Positions 1 to 9,549 are shown, counted from the stretch's first letter. The stretch: 64,000 nucleotides of DNA from Marine Group II euryarchaeote MED-G34 (GCA_002457605.1 NTJT01000001.1:15269-79268); one strand, 5' to 3'. The notes: generated by a model from the letters alone, not told the origin. Program-made: numbers and translations.

Positions 1-242
1 CACTCCATCAGAGGCAACCCCTCGCCCATCGAGCGATTGAGTATCATCGCGAGGTGGGTGTGCCAGTTCTGCAGCGAGCGCGTGACCAGCCGAGTCGAGC
101 CGTCGATGTTCTCAACAACGTCCTCGTCGCCCTTGCTCTTCGAGTACGAACCATCGGGATGCAGCAGGAAGTTGCCGTCCTGAACCACACCGTCGTGGTC
201 TATCAGTCGAGCGCCGGTGATTCGGCGCACTCCCTCTTCCAT
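1..242 (-). CDS. N-terminal fragment of an amidohydrolase. It resembles 5-methylthioadenosine/S-adenosylhomocysteine deaminase, and the gene continues beyond the window edge.
   Basis: Reverse-strand translation from ATG at 242 gives MEEGVRRITGARLIDHDGVVQDGNFLLHPDGS...LVTRSLQNWHTHLAMILNRSMGEGLPLMEW. This is a typical amidohydrolase N-terminus with the HxH metal motif and the LPLMEWL signature of MTA/SAH deaminases. It is absent from the ORF track because there is no in-window stop. Confidence 0.5.
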   Translation of the reverse strand, partial: MEEGVRRITGARLIDHDGVVQDGNFLLHPDGSYSKSKGDEDVVENIDGSTRLVTRSLQNWHTHLAMILNRSMGEGLPLME

Positions 243-291
243 GGAATCGCCAACGGCTAGCCCATCTCAAGGTTCTCTATGCGAGAACTGC

Positions 292-987
292 TCAGTTACT
301 TGGTTTAGGTAGGAAAGGCATCAACTTGTTAGCAAGAGCCTCAAAGTTTCGAGTCTGTATCCAAGCCTTACCAGATCCTGATAATTTCAAGACAACACCC
401 TCTCCTCCGAACATGGTAGTCTTCCAAGATCCTGCCTTTTGCGGATCATAGGATACTCCATCGGTGAATGCCACGAGATGCCCGTTGTCGACAATTATTG
501 GTGCATCAGGAGTCACTTCGACCTCTTTGATGGCCCCATATGAACAGTAGAAGACCTGTCCTGGACCACCTTCTGAGAAAGCCCTCAGGAAGAAGGCACC
601 CTCTCTGGAAAATAGTGCCTTGGCGCCTTGGAATTTTGTATCATACTGAATATTATGCGAGCAGGCCATGAAGGCCCCTCCTTGCATGTACATGTTTTGA
701 CCGGGCTCCAAGTCGAATGTGCAGATATCTCCAGGAGACGAAGGAGCCATCGAAATCCATCCGCCAGAAGATCCTGCCGTGTATGTATTGATGAAGAAAG
801 ATTCTCCCCCCATAGCGGACTTAATGAGCCCACCAATCAGACCTCCTTTCGAAGCTCTGCCTGTTTCGACATTCAAACCAGAAGACTGGGCCACCATTGC
901 ACCAGGCTCGACTTTAATCGACTCTCCTGGGCCGAGGTTGGCAGTCATCAGTGTAAAGGCAGGTTGGAACTCGTAATCTACATCCAT
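292..987 (-). CDS. AIM24/TIGR00266 family protein (DUF124)
   Basis: Strong full-length similarity to the TIGR00266 family (GPGESIKVEPGAMVA...GGESFFINTYTAG...GHLVAFTDGVSYD...GEGVVLKLSGSGKAWIQTR). The start was chosen at M65 (MDVDYEF), which matches the family N-terminus. The upstream in-frame ATG at 1044 is the alternative. Confidence 0.7.
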   Translation of the reverse strand: MDVDYEFQPAFTLMTANLGPGESIKVEPGAMVAQSSGLNVETGRASKGGLIGGLIKSAMGGESFFINTYTAGSSGGWISMAPSSPGDICTFDLEPGQNMYMQGGAFMACSHNIQYDTKFQGAKALFSREGAFFLRAFSEGGPGQVFYCSYGAIKEVEVTPDAPIIVDNGHLVAFTDGVSYDPQKAGSWKTTMFGGEGVVLKLSGSGKAWIQTRNFEALANKLMPFLPKPSN

Positions 988-1031
988 GAGTGCGTGCTGA
1001 AGGTCCAACTTTTCAAATGAACGGTGATGTG

Positions 1032-1634
1032 CTAAATAATACATTTCGCGTTGAGCACACTCACCTTTTTTCCCTCCGAGTTCCGCATCCAACACTCTAC
1101 TAAATCCCCTTCGTGCATCGGCCCGACACCCTCTGGGGTGCCGGTCCAGACAAGGTCTCCAGGCGAAGGCTCGTACCAATCATGCAGGTGCCCAAGAATG
1201 GTCTCCACCGAGTGCACCATCAGTTCAGTCGATGCCTGCTGCCTAACTTCGCCATTTACCGACAGACAAATCTCCACCGGCCGCGAGTCCCAAGCAGTCC
1301 AAGTTCCCAGCACCCCTGAACCAGCGAACCCCTTACCTTCGAGCCATGGCCAACCCTTCTTCTTGGCCAGTGTCTGACGAGTCCTGTTAGTGGTGTCGTT
1401 GCCAACACACATCTCCACCGGCTCGAGGTCCTCGCCGAGCCGGATGACTAGTTCCACCTCATGGTCAATGTGATCCTCGGCTGAGCTCAGCGCGACCACG
1501 TTGTTACCATGCTCATCTGCCTCCACCAATGCGGTCGGCGGCATCAGGAAGAAGCGGGGGTAGTCGGTGATGTCGCCGTAGATCTCCTTGGCATGACCAA
1601 CATAGTTGCGGAACACCGCCCATCCGACCGCCAT
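1032..1634 (-). CDS. Fumarylacetoacetate hydrolase (FAH) family protein
   Basis: FAH-fold motifs (HEVELVIRLGED, LVWTGTPEGVGPMHEGD), about 200 aa. ATG start confirmed at 1634. Confidence 0.75.
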   Translation of the reverse strand: MAVGWAVFRNYVGHAKEIYGDITDYPRFFLMPPTALVEADEHGNNVVALSSAEDHIDHEVELVIRLGEDLEPVEMCVGNDTTNRTRQTLAKKKGWPWLEGKGFAGSGVLGTWTAWDSRPVEICLSVNGEVRQQASTELMVHSVETILGHLHDWYEPSPGDLVWTGTPEGVGPMHEGDLVECWMRNSEGKKVSVLNAKCII

Positions 1635-1718
1635 GACACTTCCAACACCCGCAATCCCATTATCGCATCGCTACCGAACTAAGCAGGTTGAAGACTCTCC
1701 CTCGGCCGAGCCGCATCG

Positions 1719-2699
1719 ATGGCCGAGGACCCCTACCGAGTCCTAGGCGTCTCCAGCGACGCCAGTGATGCCGAGATTAAGCGGGCCTACCGCAAACTCG
1801 CTCGGCAGTACCACCCCGACAGGAACCCGGATGACGCAGCGGCCGAGGAACGCTTCAAGGCGATTCAGGCTGCCTACGAGAATGTCGGAACTGCCGAAGC
1901 CCGCAGAGAGTATGACCAGAGTCGTCGCATGGAGGACATGTTCGCCAGTGGTGGCTTCCAGGGCAACCCGTTCGGAGGGGGCTTTGGCGGCGCCGATTTG
2001 GGAGATATAATCTCGCAGTTCATGGGAGGTAGAGGCGCATCTAGAGGATTTGATACGAGGTCCTCACGTGGCTTCGGCGGCCAGACTCAAACTCCCTCAA
2101 ACGAGCCCGCCCAACCAACAAGAGGTGCCGATATCGAGGCAGGACTCGACATTTCGCTCGAGCAGGCTTCACAGGGGACTGAGGTGAAGTTTAGCCACCG
2201 CAGGCTAAGGCGATGCGGGAAGTGCAAAGGTTCGAGTTTCGGAAAGTCACGGCGCTGCGCACCGTGTAATGGAACAGGAGTTCAGACCAAGGGTAGCACA
2301 CTCACTGTGAAGGTCCCACCCAATGCCGAACACGGTCAGTTGCTCCGCCTCAAGGGTATGGGGCACGAGCATCCCGAGGGAGATCCTGGAGACCTGCGAA
2401 TTACCTTGAGGTTGGATGCTCAGGAAGGGCGGCGTTGGGAGGAAGGCAGGTTGGTCCAAGAAGTCCCCATACCTGTCACAACACTACTTCTTGGCGGGAA
2501 TGTACGAATCTCAACACCAGCTGGTAAGAGGGTGCAAATTGACGTACCTGAAGGCACCCGCATAGGCGATCGCAGGAGGCTGCAGGGCCATGGCCACTCT
2601 GGTGGACCACTCGATATCGAGTTCACTCTAGCCGAACCAGAGGCACTGAACAAATCCCAGCGCGAAGCGCTGGAGAGACTCAAGGATAGTGGGCTGTGA
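1719..2699 (+). CDS. dnaJ: DnaJ-type molecular chaperone with a J domain, a G/F-rich region and a reduced zinc-finger region
   Basis: J domain (YRVLGVSSDASDAEIKRAYRKLARQYHPDRN), Gly/Phe-rich linker, and only two CxxCxGxG repeats (CGKCKGSS, CAPCNGTG) where four are canonical. It also has a C-terminal beta-barrel-like region. Confidence 0.85.
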   Translation: MAEDPYRVLGVSSDASDAEIKRAYRKLARQYHPDRNPDDAAAEERFKAIQAAYENVGTAEARREYDQSRRMEDMFASGGFQGNPFGGGFGGADLGDIISQFMGGRGASRGFDTRSSRGFGGQTQTPSNEPAQPTRGADIEAGLDISLEQASQGTEVKFSHRRLRRCGKCKGSSFGKSRRCAPCNGTGVQTKGSTLTVKVPPNAEHGQLLRLKGMGHEHPEGDPGDLRITLRLDAQEGRRWEEGRLVQEVPIPVTTLLLGGNVRISTPAGKRVQIDVPEGTRIGDRRRLQGHGHSGGPLDIEFTLAEPEALNKSQREALERLKDSGL

Positions 2700-2743
2700 A
2701 CCACACACAACCTGTCAAATACCCGTCTTCCGCGGCCCACAAC

Positions 2744-5700
2744 ATGCGCGACTTTGCCCATGTAGCCGACTTCCTCGTACCGAGGCGCAGGCAGGCGCAC
2801 ATCGTCATCATCCTACTGTCCATACTAATGCTCCCAGGAATCTCAGCCACGTTCAGTCCAATTGACATAGAATCCTACGACCTAGAGTCACCGGAACTCG
2901 ACGCAGATGAGGTCCTCATGGAGGAGTTCTCATCAGCTGGAGGGATAGAGGCCTTCGGAATCTTCATTCGTGACTCAAGTTACTTCGGAGAGCCAGATTC
3001 CGATGTCACGATGATTGCCGATTACACTGGCCACGGTCTAGGTGTGTCCGACCCCAAAGGAGGAGTACTCAACCTCACCGTGCTGAGAGAGATTGACACT
3101 AAGGCCGAGTACCTGAGGCAGCACGAGATTTCCGAGTTTTACCTCTCGTTCGCATCTCAGATTACCGGCGAGCCAGTAATCGGTATACTCGACCTCGCTA
3201 CTGACTTCAGAGCATTCATGTCGGGCCAATCTGCCTTGACTAGCCCTAGAATCGACCCCGAGACATTGACAATGGCACCGCCATCTACTGACTGGATAGA
3301 CTGCGGTATTCTTGAGTGCCTATCATTCGACGACGAGAACCTCACTCAGGCTCATATCGATCTAGCCGCACACAGGTTGGCCAATCACAGTTCTGGTGCC
3401 TTTCTCAGACTGCTTTCCAAGGATCGTGGATTTACTCCAGATCAATCAAGTCCTGTGTTAGGGCCTTACGACTACCAACTCCTCGCGGACGGAACTATCG
3501 TTGCTGAGGAATGGGGCCCTGGGCGTTGGTCAGCATCTTCTGCATGGCTACTCATCAACTTCGACAGAGAGGCCATGCAAAACAACGGCTGGTCATTCTC
3601 ATGGTTGAACTCCAGTTCCGACTCTGATTCAGGATACGAGTGGGATGGGGTCACAGTCGAGACCAACCCGATTCACAACTCGGTCGAGGAGTGCCGTGAG
3701 AGGGCACTAGCGGGCGAGGAACTCTGTTCAATGGAATGGCTCTATTTGGCCCTAGAGGAGGATTTGAGATCCACTGATGAAATGGTCGTCACTCTGATGT
3801 TCGCTGAGGGCGTCAATGTCGAGATAAATCGAGAATTACTCTCAAGCGCCTATCTGATTTTGATTATGACATTGGTAGTAACTGTCCTGTTGTGGCTCAG
3901 TCTGAGGAGAGTATCTGACGTAGCCATAGTGGTGGTCGGCCTAGTGCTTTCACTAATGTGGATGCAGGGGCTTATCGGATGGTCAATCATCCTAGGACAA
4001 AGATACGGGATGGAAGTGATATTCCGCTCGCAGTTCTCTAATCTCCTCCCAATCTTAGTACTCGCTTTAGGCATAGACGACAGTCTACACGCGCTGCATA
4101 GGTACAAGGAAGAGAGGAGGGAGGGAGCCAGTCCCGAATTGGCAGCCCGTACCTCAATAAGCAGAGTTGGTAGAGCCATTCTTCTGACTTCAACGACAAC
4201 CATAGTTGCCTTCATGGCCAATATGACTTCGAACATCGCTGCCCTCCGCTCTTTTGGCATAGAGGCAGGCCTCGGAGTGCTTTCGGCATTCATTCTCACT
4301 GGCCTCTGGGTTCCTCTGGTCCGCTACGACTTCGATTTATGGATGGAATCGAAGGGCAAACTGCAGGATGAGGAGGAAGGCCTCGTGCACATGGTGCCGG
4401 AGTCTTGGCTAGCCGCAGTCACCACCAATTCAGCTAGGCATGCCCCAGTGGTCGCCGCACTGGCCATCCTGATTACTGCGATGGCCGTTCCGATGATGCT
4501 CTCACTAGAGGGAGACTTTCAGGTTGAGGACTTCATCGAGAGCGAATCCGACCTCGCGGTGGGAATCGGCTTGGTAAACGAGCGCTTCAGTGACGAGGGT
4601 GAACCCGGCTTCATCTTACTTGAGGGAGATATGGCGAATCCTAAGGTGTTAGCCGCCATTGGGGAACTACGCAACAATGTGAACTCGCATGGACCGGAGG
4701 ATTCGAACCAACTCTCTCGTCTTCCCACCGGGGAGGTGGAACTACTAGCAATTGACGGCATACTAGGATTTGCCAAGGCGGCAATGGCTTGGAACAACAC
4801 CCCCTTCGTCGAGGCAGGATGGGACCCTTCGGCCGAGGATGGAGGGGTCGATTGCGACAGGGATTTCCTAGGTCTGCCTTCGCTGGGCGACAGGGAGTGC
4901 TTGATTTTCCTTTACGGCTTCGTGTTGACCAGGGGGGTTCCCGAAAGCGGAGGATACCCATCGATGCCTCCTACCATAGTCGCTGAGTACATTCAAGTGG
5001 CTGAAGATCTGGACTACGAGCACCCATGGCTTACCACCTCAGGTGAGACTCCGCAGTACATCCGGGCCTCGATTCGATTTGGAATTTCCAGTCCAGAGCA
5101 GTTTGCCTTGGTCGAGCCGGCTTTGGCTCAATTGGTGGATGACATGGCTCCATTACAGGAGCTCGCCCGGAATCCACTCAGAGAGCAAGGTGATATCTCT
5201 TCGGCAGATGATCAGTACCCTGTCACATGGGCGATTCCTACTGGCGAACCCGTCATCAGATTCGTCGCCGCCGACTCGATGCAGGATGAGATGCAGGGCA
5301 CCCTGCTTCTTGGTGTCGTACTCTGCACAATCACCCTGTGGTGGGGCTTCCGGGAGGAGACTTCGGCGAGGCAGCGATGGCAGGAAAGCATGCAGAATCG
5401 TGCTGACTTTGCTCGCAGAGTGGGGTCGACAGTTGTGGTTACTGGGGTGCTTACCTATCTCATGTTGGGCGCAGGTTACGCAGCCTTCTTCACAGTCCTG
5501 GCACTTGTTCTTTCCATCCTCTGGGGGACCCTTCCTTTCTTCATTGCTACAGTCACCACTGGCCCTATCTTCCTCGTAATCATCTGGCTGTACGCTATGG
5601 TAGAACTTGCTGGATATGGGCTTAACATGGTCACCGTAGCAATTGCAGCAATGTCTCTTGGGGTCGGCATAGACTACGTCATCCACCTCATTGAGAGGTA

Positions 5701-5962
5701 TCGTGAGGAACGTGAGAAGGGGATGACACCACACCTCTCACTGGCTGCCGTGGGCAGTGCCTCAGGTCTCGCACTCTTCGGCTCTGCAGTATCGGATATC
5801 GCGGGGTTCATGGTAATCCATCAGTCCAAGATGGGATTCTTTTCCACCTTCGGGCTGTTCTGTGCAGTCATGATTGGATTGTCACTGATTGCAAGCATGA
5901 TTCTGACTCCGGCGGTGCTGGGCCTGCTTCATCGCAAATCACTAGTTTCTGAGCACTCTTGA
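2744..5962 (+). CDS. RND-superfamily exporter (MMPL/SecDF-like) with 12 TM helices and two large extracytoplasmic domains
   Basis: Two TM bundles, each followed by the GxGxDYxIH-type motif (LALGIDDSLHALHRYKEER and SLGVGIDYVIHLIERYREER). It has large soluble loops and is about 1070 aa. The ORF track starts at GTG 2696, which overlaps the dnaJ stop. The first ATG is at 2744. Confidence 0.7.
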   Translation: MRDFAHVADFLVPRRRQAHIVIILLSILMLPGISATFSPIDIESYDLESPELDADEVLMEEFSSAGGIEAFGIFIRDSSYFGEPDSDVTMIADYTGHGLGVSDPKGGVLNLTVLREIDTKAEYLRQHEISEFYLSFASQITGEPVIGILDLATDFRAFMSGQSALTSPRIDPETLTMAPPSTDWIDCGILECLSFDDENLTQAHIDLAAHRLANHSSGAFLRLLSKDRGFTPDQSSPVLGPYDYQLLADGTIVAEEWGPGRWSASSAWLLINFDREAMQNNGWSFSWLNSSSDSDSGYEWDGVTVETNPIHNSVEECRERALAGEELCSMEWLYLALEEDLRSTDEMVVTLMFAEGVNVEINRELLSSAYLILIMTLVVTVLLWLSLRRVSDVAIVVVGLVLSLMWMQGLIGWSIILGQRYGMEVIFRSQFSNLLPILVLALGIDDSLHALHRYKEERREGASPELAARTSISRVGRAILLTSTTTIVAFMANMTSNIAALRSFGIEAGLGVLSAFILTGLWVPLVRYDFDLWMESKGKLQDEEEGLVHMVPESWLAAVTTNSARHAPVVAALAILITAMAVPMMLSLEGDFQVEDFIESESDLAVGIGLVNERFSDEGEPGFILLEGDMANPKVLAAIGELRNNVNSHGPEDSNQLSRLPTGEVELLAIDGILGFAKAAMAWNNTPFVEAGWDPSAEDGGVDCDRDFLGLPSLGDRECLIFLYGFVLTRGVPESGGYPSMPPTIVAEYIQVAEDLDYEHPWLTTSGETPQYIRASIRFGISSPEQFALVEPALAQLVDDMAPLQELARNPLREQGDISSADDQYPVTWAIPTGEPVIRFVAADSMQDEMQGTLLLGVVLCTITLWWGFREETSARQRWQESMQNRADFARRVGSTVVVTGVLTYLMLGAGYAAFFTVLALVLSILWGTLPFFIATVTTGPIFLVIIWLYAMVELAGYGLNMVTVAIAAMSLGVGIDYVIHLIERYREEREKGMTPHLSLAAVGSASGLALFGSAVSDIAGFMVIHQSKMGFFSTFGLFCAVMIGLSLIASMILTPAVLGLLHRKSLVSEHS

Positions 5963-6002
5963 GTTCCATTAGGTTCTTGACATAATCTGGATTCGATTCT
6001 TC

Positions 6003-6530
6003 ATGATGGAGCCTGGATACGCTGACAGAGGCCATATAATGGCCGTAGAATTCGATAGGAAGATTATCGTTTATTGGTGGATGATGGCGAATCTAGGCCT
6101 TCTCTCTACAATAGTTGGAATTTTACTAATGCCAATCTGGCTTCCGTTTGGGTGGATTGTTCATAAGAAGCAGTATGAGCACATGAGTGGGGCCCTAACT
6201 GACCGTTCAATCAACATGCGCATGGGATGGTTGTTCAAGAAGCAGCAGAACATTCCTCTGGACAAACTCACTGATGTATCTATTCATGAGGGTCCAATCC
6301 TGAACGCCTTCGGAGTTGTCAGGATGCAGTTTGAGACTGCTGGCGCAGCACCATTCATTCTCACCGGGGTAAAAAACTCCGATCAGTTCCGCGACCTCGT
6401 TCTCCAGCAAAGAGACTCATTGGTTTCCGCTCCTCAACAGTCTACATCTTCAGATGACTCCAACGACGTCCTTGTCGAAATCAGGGACATCCTTCAGCAA
6501 ATAAATGCAAACATCTCTAACGAGGAGTAG
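6003..6530 (+). CDS. Membrane-flanked bacterial PH-domain protein (bPH_2/YdbS-like)
   Basis: Two N-terminal TM helices followed by a bPH_2-type domain (ALTDRSINMRMGWLFKKQQNIPLDKLTDVSIHEGPILNAFGVVRMQFETAG). Confidence 0.65.
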   Translation: MMEPGYADRGHIMAVEFDRKIIVYWWMMANLGLLSTIVGILLMPIWLPFGWIVHKKQYEHMSGALTDRSINMRMGWLFKKQQNIPLDKLTDVSIHEGPILNAFGVVRMQFETAGAAPFILTGVKNSDQFRDLVLQQRDSLVSAPQQSTSSDDSNDVLVEIRDILQQINANISNEE

Positions 6531-6531
6531 A

Positions 6532-6765
6532 ATGGTATTCGAATGCAACATTGATGCTAGAGGCAAGGTGTATCGCCTCAAGCTCGGAATCATAGGACTC
6601 GTAGCTGGATTGGTGTCAGGGGCTGCCTTCTGCTTAGCAGGGATTGATTGGGGTAATCTTTGGTTAATACCTCTTGGAATCACCGGCGGCGGAGCGTTTG
6701 CTATTTTCGAAGCCCGGACTGGATGGTGTCTTGCACGTGCTCTGGGATTCAAAACCCCGCTGTGA
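6532..6765 (+). CDS. DUF2892 (YgaP-like) small membrane protein
   Basis: DUF2892 pattern: R..GLV.G....W...PLG.TGG..F.AR.G.C....LG. ATG at 6532 immediately follows the upstream stop. The ORF-track start at 6505 would overlap the previous gene. Confidence 0.55.
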   Translation: MVFECNIDARGKVYRLKLGIIGLVAGLVSGAAFCLAGIDWGNLWLIPLGITGGGAFAIFEARTGWCLARALGFKTPL

Positions 6766-6870
6766 AATCTAACGCCGCATTCCGAGTGAATCTCTCAAAT
6801 CCAACTTGAAATCATAGTTTACGAAACCATACTTCTCGTCTAGCAGCCGGTTTGACGAGATAAGAAGGCC

Positions 6871-6882
6871 ATCATTATATTC
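6871..6882 (+). promoter_or_regulatory. Candidate archaeal TATA box (CATTATATTC) about 25 nt upstream of the DUF971 start. This spacing is consistent with a leaderless transcript.
   Basis: AT-rich TTATAT element in an otherwise GC-rich intergenic region, at the expected distance from the ATG at 6903. Confidence 0.35.
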
Positions 6883-6902
6883 TCAGTGATTAAGGAACCA
6901 CC

Positions 6903-7223
6903 ATGCCGGAAAATATCCTGACTGACTTAGAGCGCGGCGACGAGGACTGTATTCTCCGATTTGCCGACGGATCTGCATTCAGGCTCAGTTACCTATCGAT
7001 ACGCTGCCGCTGCCAATGTGCCAAGTGCAAGCCGAGGCAAGAGAATCAACAGAGGCTTACTGAGTTCGAAGAGGAGATTGCTCGCCTCAGGGTCGAGAAG
7101 CCGCGAGCTGAGCCAGTGGGGCGCTATGGAGTCAGATTCGATTGGCCGTCCGGGTGCTCGAGCGGAATCCACTCCTTCAGACATTTGAGGAGCGTCGCCG
7201 AAGACCTTGGTTCAGCACTCTGA
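6903..7223 (+). CDS. DUF971 domain protein (gamma-butyrobetaine hydroxylase-like N-terminal domain)
   Basis: DUF971 signature (LRFADGSAFRLSYLSIRCRCQCAKC ... GVRFDWPSGCSSGIHSFRHLR). Confidence 0.6.
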   Translation: MPENILTDLERGDEDCILRFADGSAFRLSYLSIRCRCQCAKCKPRQENQQRLTEFEEEIARLRVEKPRAEPVGRYGVRFDWPSGCSSGIHSFRHLRSVAEDLGSAL

Positions 7224-7318
7224 ACATATGGCTTACCTATGCGAAGGGGTCAAAGGCGACTCTCTGGTCGCGAAATTATCGAAGACACGGGTAGCCCCGT
7301 GATTTCGGTGGTGATTCG

Positions 7319-8743
7319 ATGCATGAAAATGGCCCCGATGGAGACGAGCAAAAGCTCGATGAGGAAGATGAGTGGCAACTCTACGCCAGTGCCGGGTACG
7401 CCTCGGCAGAAACCGTCACTGAGGTTGAGGAGGCTGAGGAGGCCGACAAGGAAGAGTGGTTCGACGGCGACGATCTCGAGGTCAACGGAGCTCCAATAGA
7501 TTGGGATGCACCGCCCTGTCCTGCCCCACTTGGGGTCGCCCACATCATCAAGATGGGAACCTGCGATTACTGTCTGCATAGGGTGGCTGGTCGTAGAACC
7601 AAGGCCCGTGGGGCTGAGGGTGGCCGGGAGATTCGAGAAGACGCCCACGCAAGGGATCCTGGAATAGCCAAGTTTGGGGCGCCTGAACTGTGTCCTCTAT
7701 GTGAGGACCTGTTCGATGACACCAGCAACATCGTCAGTAGGGTCATAGAGTCTACAAAAGGCATCGAGTACGGTACCATACAGTTTGGAATCCATCTGCC
7801 GAAGGATCTAGTACAGGATGAGGACAAAATCCGAAGTAGACACGGAGCTCCTGCTTCAAGACCGCTAAAAGCCGCTTTCGCTGATGCGATACAGCAGCAG
7901 TTGTCCGAGCACATGCCTAATATTGAGTTCGTCAAGGAGAAGCCCGACCTGATGATTTTGGTCGACGGCCTGACTCTCAGGGTCGACATCGATGTCAGAC
8001 CGGTCTTTCTCTATGGCAGATACAGGAAGCTCAGTCGAGAGATTCCTCAGACCAGATGGCCTTGCCGCGCCTGTAGGGGAAGAGCACAGGGCTGCGAATC
8101 TTGTCAGGGCACCGGGCTACAGTATCCTGACTCCGTACAGGACCTCATCGGTGAGCCGATTAGATCCATCCTACAGGCCGAAGACACCTCATTCCACGGC
8201 ATGGGAAGAGAGGACATCGACGTCAGATGCCTTGGCTCCGGTCGCCCCTTTGTCCTAGAAATTAAGAATCCTCTAATCCGTAAGGCGAATCTCGTAGAAC
8301 TCGTTGCAGCAGTCAATGATAACTCATCGGAGATGGTGGAAATTGATCAGCTAGATTGGACAGACAGGAAGCGAATCGGGAAAGTCAAAGAGACTCGCTC
8401 GGATAAGTCCTACACGATTAGGTTCAGGGTCGACGACATCCCAGAAGAGGAGAAGGTGAAGGAAGCCATATCAGGGCTATCGGGTGTCGTACTGGGGCAG
8501 GATACGCCCAAGCGTGTCTCGCATCGCAGGGCTGCTAAGACGCGAAAGAGAAAAGTCGTCTCGATTAGCGACGTAATTGTTGATGGCGACGAGGTCCAGA
8601 CAACCTTACGTTGCGAAGCCGGGACTTACATCAAGGAACTCATCCATTCCGATGAGGGCAGAACGGTGCCCTCGGTCAGCGGCGTGCTGGATAGGGAATG
8701 CGAGGTGCTTTGGCTCGATGTCGAGGAGATTCACGCTGACTGA
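7319..8743 (+). CDS. pus10: tRNA pseudouridine(54/55) synthase Pus10
   Basis: N-terminal Zn-binding CxxC...CxxC (CDYCLHR ... CPLCEDL), a THUMP-like middle region and the catalytic motif GREDIDVRCLGSGRPFVLEIKNP. An unusually acidic 78-aa N-terminal extension precedes M79 (MGTCDYC), so the true start may be at 7553. Confidence 0.8.
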   Translation: MHENGPDGDEQKLDEEDEWQLYASAGYASAETVTEVEEAEEADKEEWFDGDDLEVNGAPIDWDAPPCPAPLGVAHIIKMGTCDYCLHRVAGRRTKARGAEGGREIREDAHARDPGIAKFGAPELCPLCEDLFDDTSNIVSRVIESTKGIEYGTIQFGIHLPKDLVQDEDKIRSRHGAPASRPLKAAFADAIQQQLSEHMPNIEFVKEKPDLMILVDGLTLRVDIDVRPVFLYGRYRKLSREIPQTRWPCRACRGRAQGCESCQGTGLQYPDSVQDLIGEPIRSILQAEDTSFHGMGREDIDVRCLGSGRPFVLEIKNPLIRKANLVELVAAVNDNSSEMVEIDQLDWTDRKRIGKVKETRSDKSYTIRFRVDDIPEEEKVKEAISGLSGVVLGQDTPKRVSHRRAAKTRKRKVVSISDVIVDGDEVQTTLRCEAGTYIKELIHSDEGRTVPSVSGVLDRECEVLWLDVEEIHAD

Positions 8744-8821
8744 ATCCAATGCCTCATCCGAGCCCTTAAGAAGAATCGGCAGGTCGAACGCTCCCACGAC
8801 CTACGGTCGAAAGGTGATTCA

Positions 8822-9115
8822 ATGGCCACGAGAACACACGGCGAACGTCAGGGTACCCGCAGCATCCTGAAAAAGAAGAAAGCCGAGCGAAGTCGTGTTT
8901 TCATCAATCGTGTGATGCATCCCTATGCCGAGGGCGATCGTGTCGCAATCGTGCTTGACGGAGCCCAGCAGAAGGGCATGCCACACCGCCGCTTCCAAGG
9001 CAAGACTGGCATAATTGCCGGAATTCAGGGTCGAGCATATGTCGTTTCAGTCTCGGACGGTGACATGCAGAAGACCGTGGTGGCTAGACCTGAGCACCTC
9101 AGGCCCATGGAGTAA
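8822..9115 (+). CDS. rpl21e: 50S ribosomal protein L21e
   Basis: L21e family hallmarks (KGMPHRRFQGKTGII...ARPEHL), 97 aa. Confidence 0.9.
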   Translation: MATRTHGERQGTRSILKKKKAERSRVFINRVMHPYAEGDRVAIVLDGAQQKGMPHRRFQGKTGIIAGIQGRAYVVSVSDGDMQKTVVARPEHLRPME

Positions 9116-9124
9116 GTGATTCTG

Positions 9125-9478
9125 ATGTCTGAGAAAGAGTATGTCGACTTCGCCACCGTCCGCGACCTGCTGGAGCAGGCTAACGAGCGCCGTGGCGAAC
9201 TCTCCTATGAACAACTCATGGCACTCGGTCATGCTCAGTGGGCGGCCAGTGAGAATCGCGGCGGCAGGAAGACAGACCCAGAGGCCTTCAGGGGACTACG
9301 CGATGCTCTGATGGAGAATGAAAAACTCGCACCACATCCCGAGATTTGTGCTAAGCTGGCTGAACTTTGCCCCATGGTTGTGGCAGACGTCAGGGTAATC
9401 GTCGCTAGCAAGAGGATTGCGATGGACACCTCGGAGATCGAGGAACTCATCACAATAATCCGTCAGCACGTTCTCTGA
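9125..9478 (+). CDS. rpoF: DNA-directed RNA polymerase subunit Rpo4/F (Rpb4 homolog)
   Basis: Collinear similarity to archaeal RpoF (ATVRDLLEQANERRGE ... KLAELCPMVVADVRVIVASKR...EIEELITIIRQH). Its position immediately after rpl21e is conserved in archaea. ATG at 9125 was chosen. The ORF track uses GTG 9116, which abuts the L21e stop. Confidence 0.8.
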   Translation: MSEKEYVDFATVRDLLEQANERRGELSYEQLMALGHAQWAASENRGGRKTDPEAFRGLRDALMENEKLAPHPEICAKLAELCPMVVADVRVIVASKRIAMDTSEIEELITIIRQHVL

Positions 9479-9549
9479 TGCTACTTTTCGGCACTTTTCG
9501 CCAACAATTTCATTCAAGGGGGGGAACCGCTCTGAACAACCTGAGAGAC

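Noticed and set aside
54-260. Plus-strand 68-aa ORF at the window start
   Set aside because: The opposite strand encodes a convincing amidohydrolase N-terminus (HTH metal motif, LPLMEW) over the same bases, so the plus ORF is a shadow frame.
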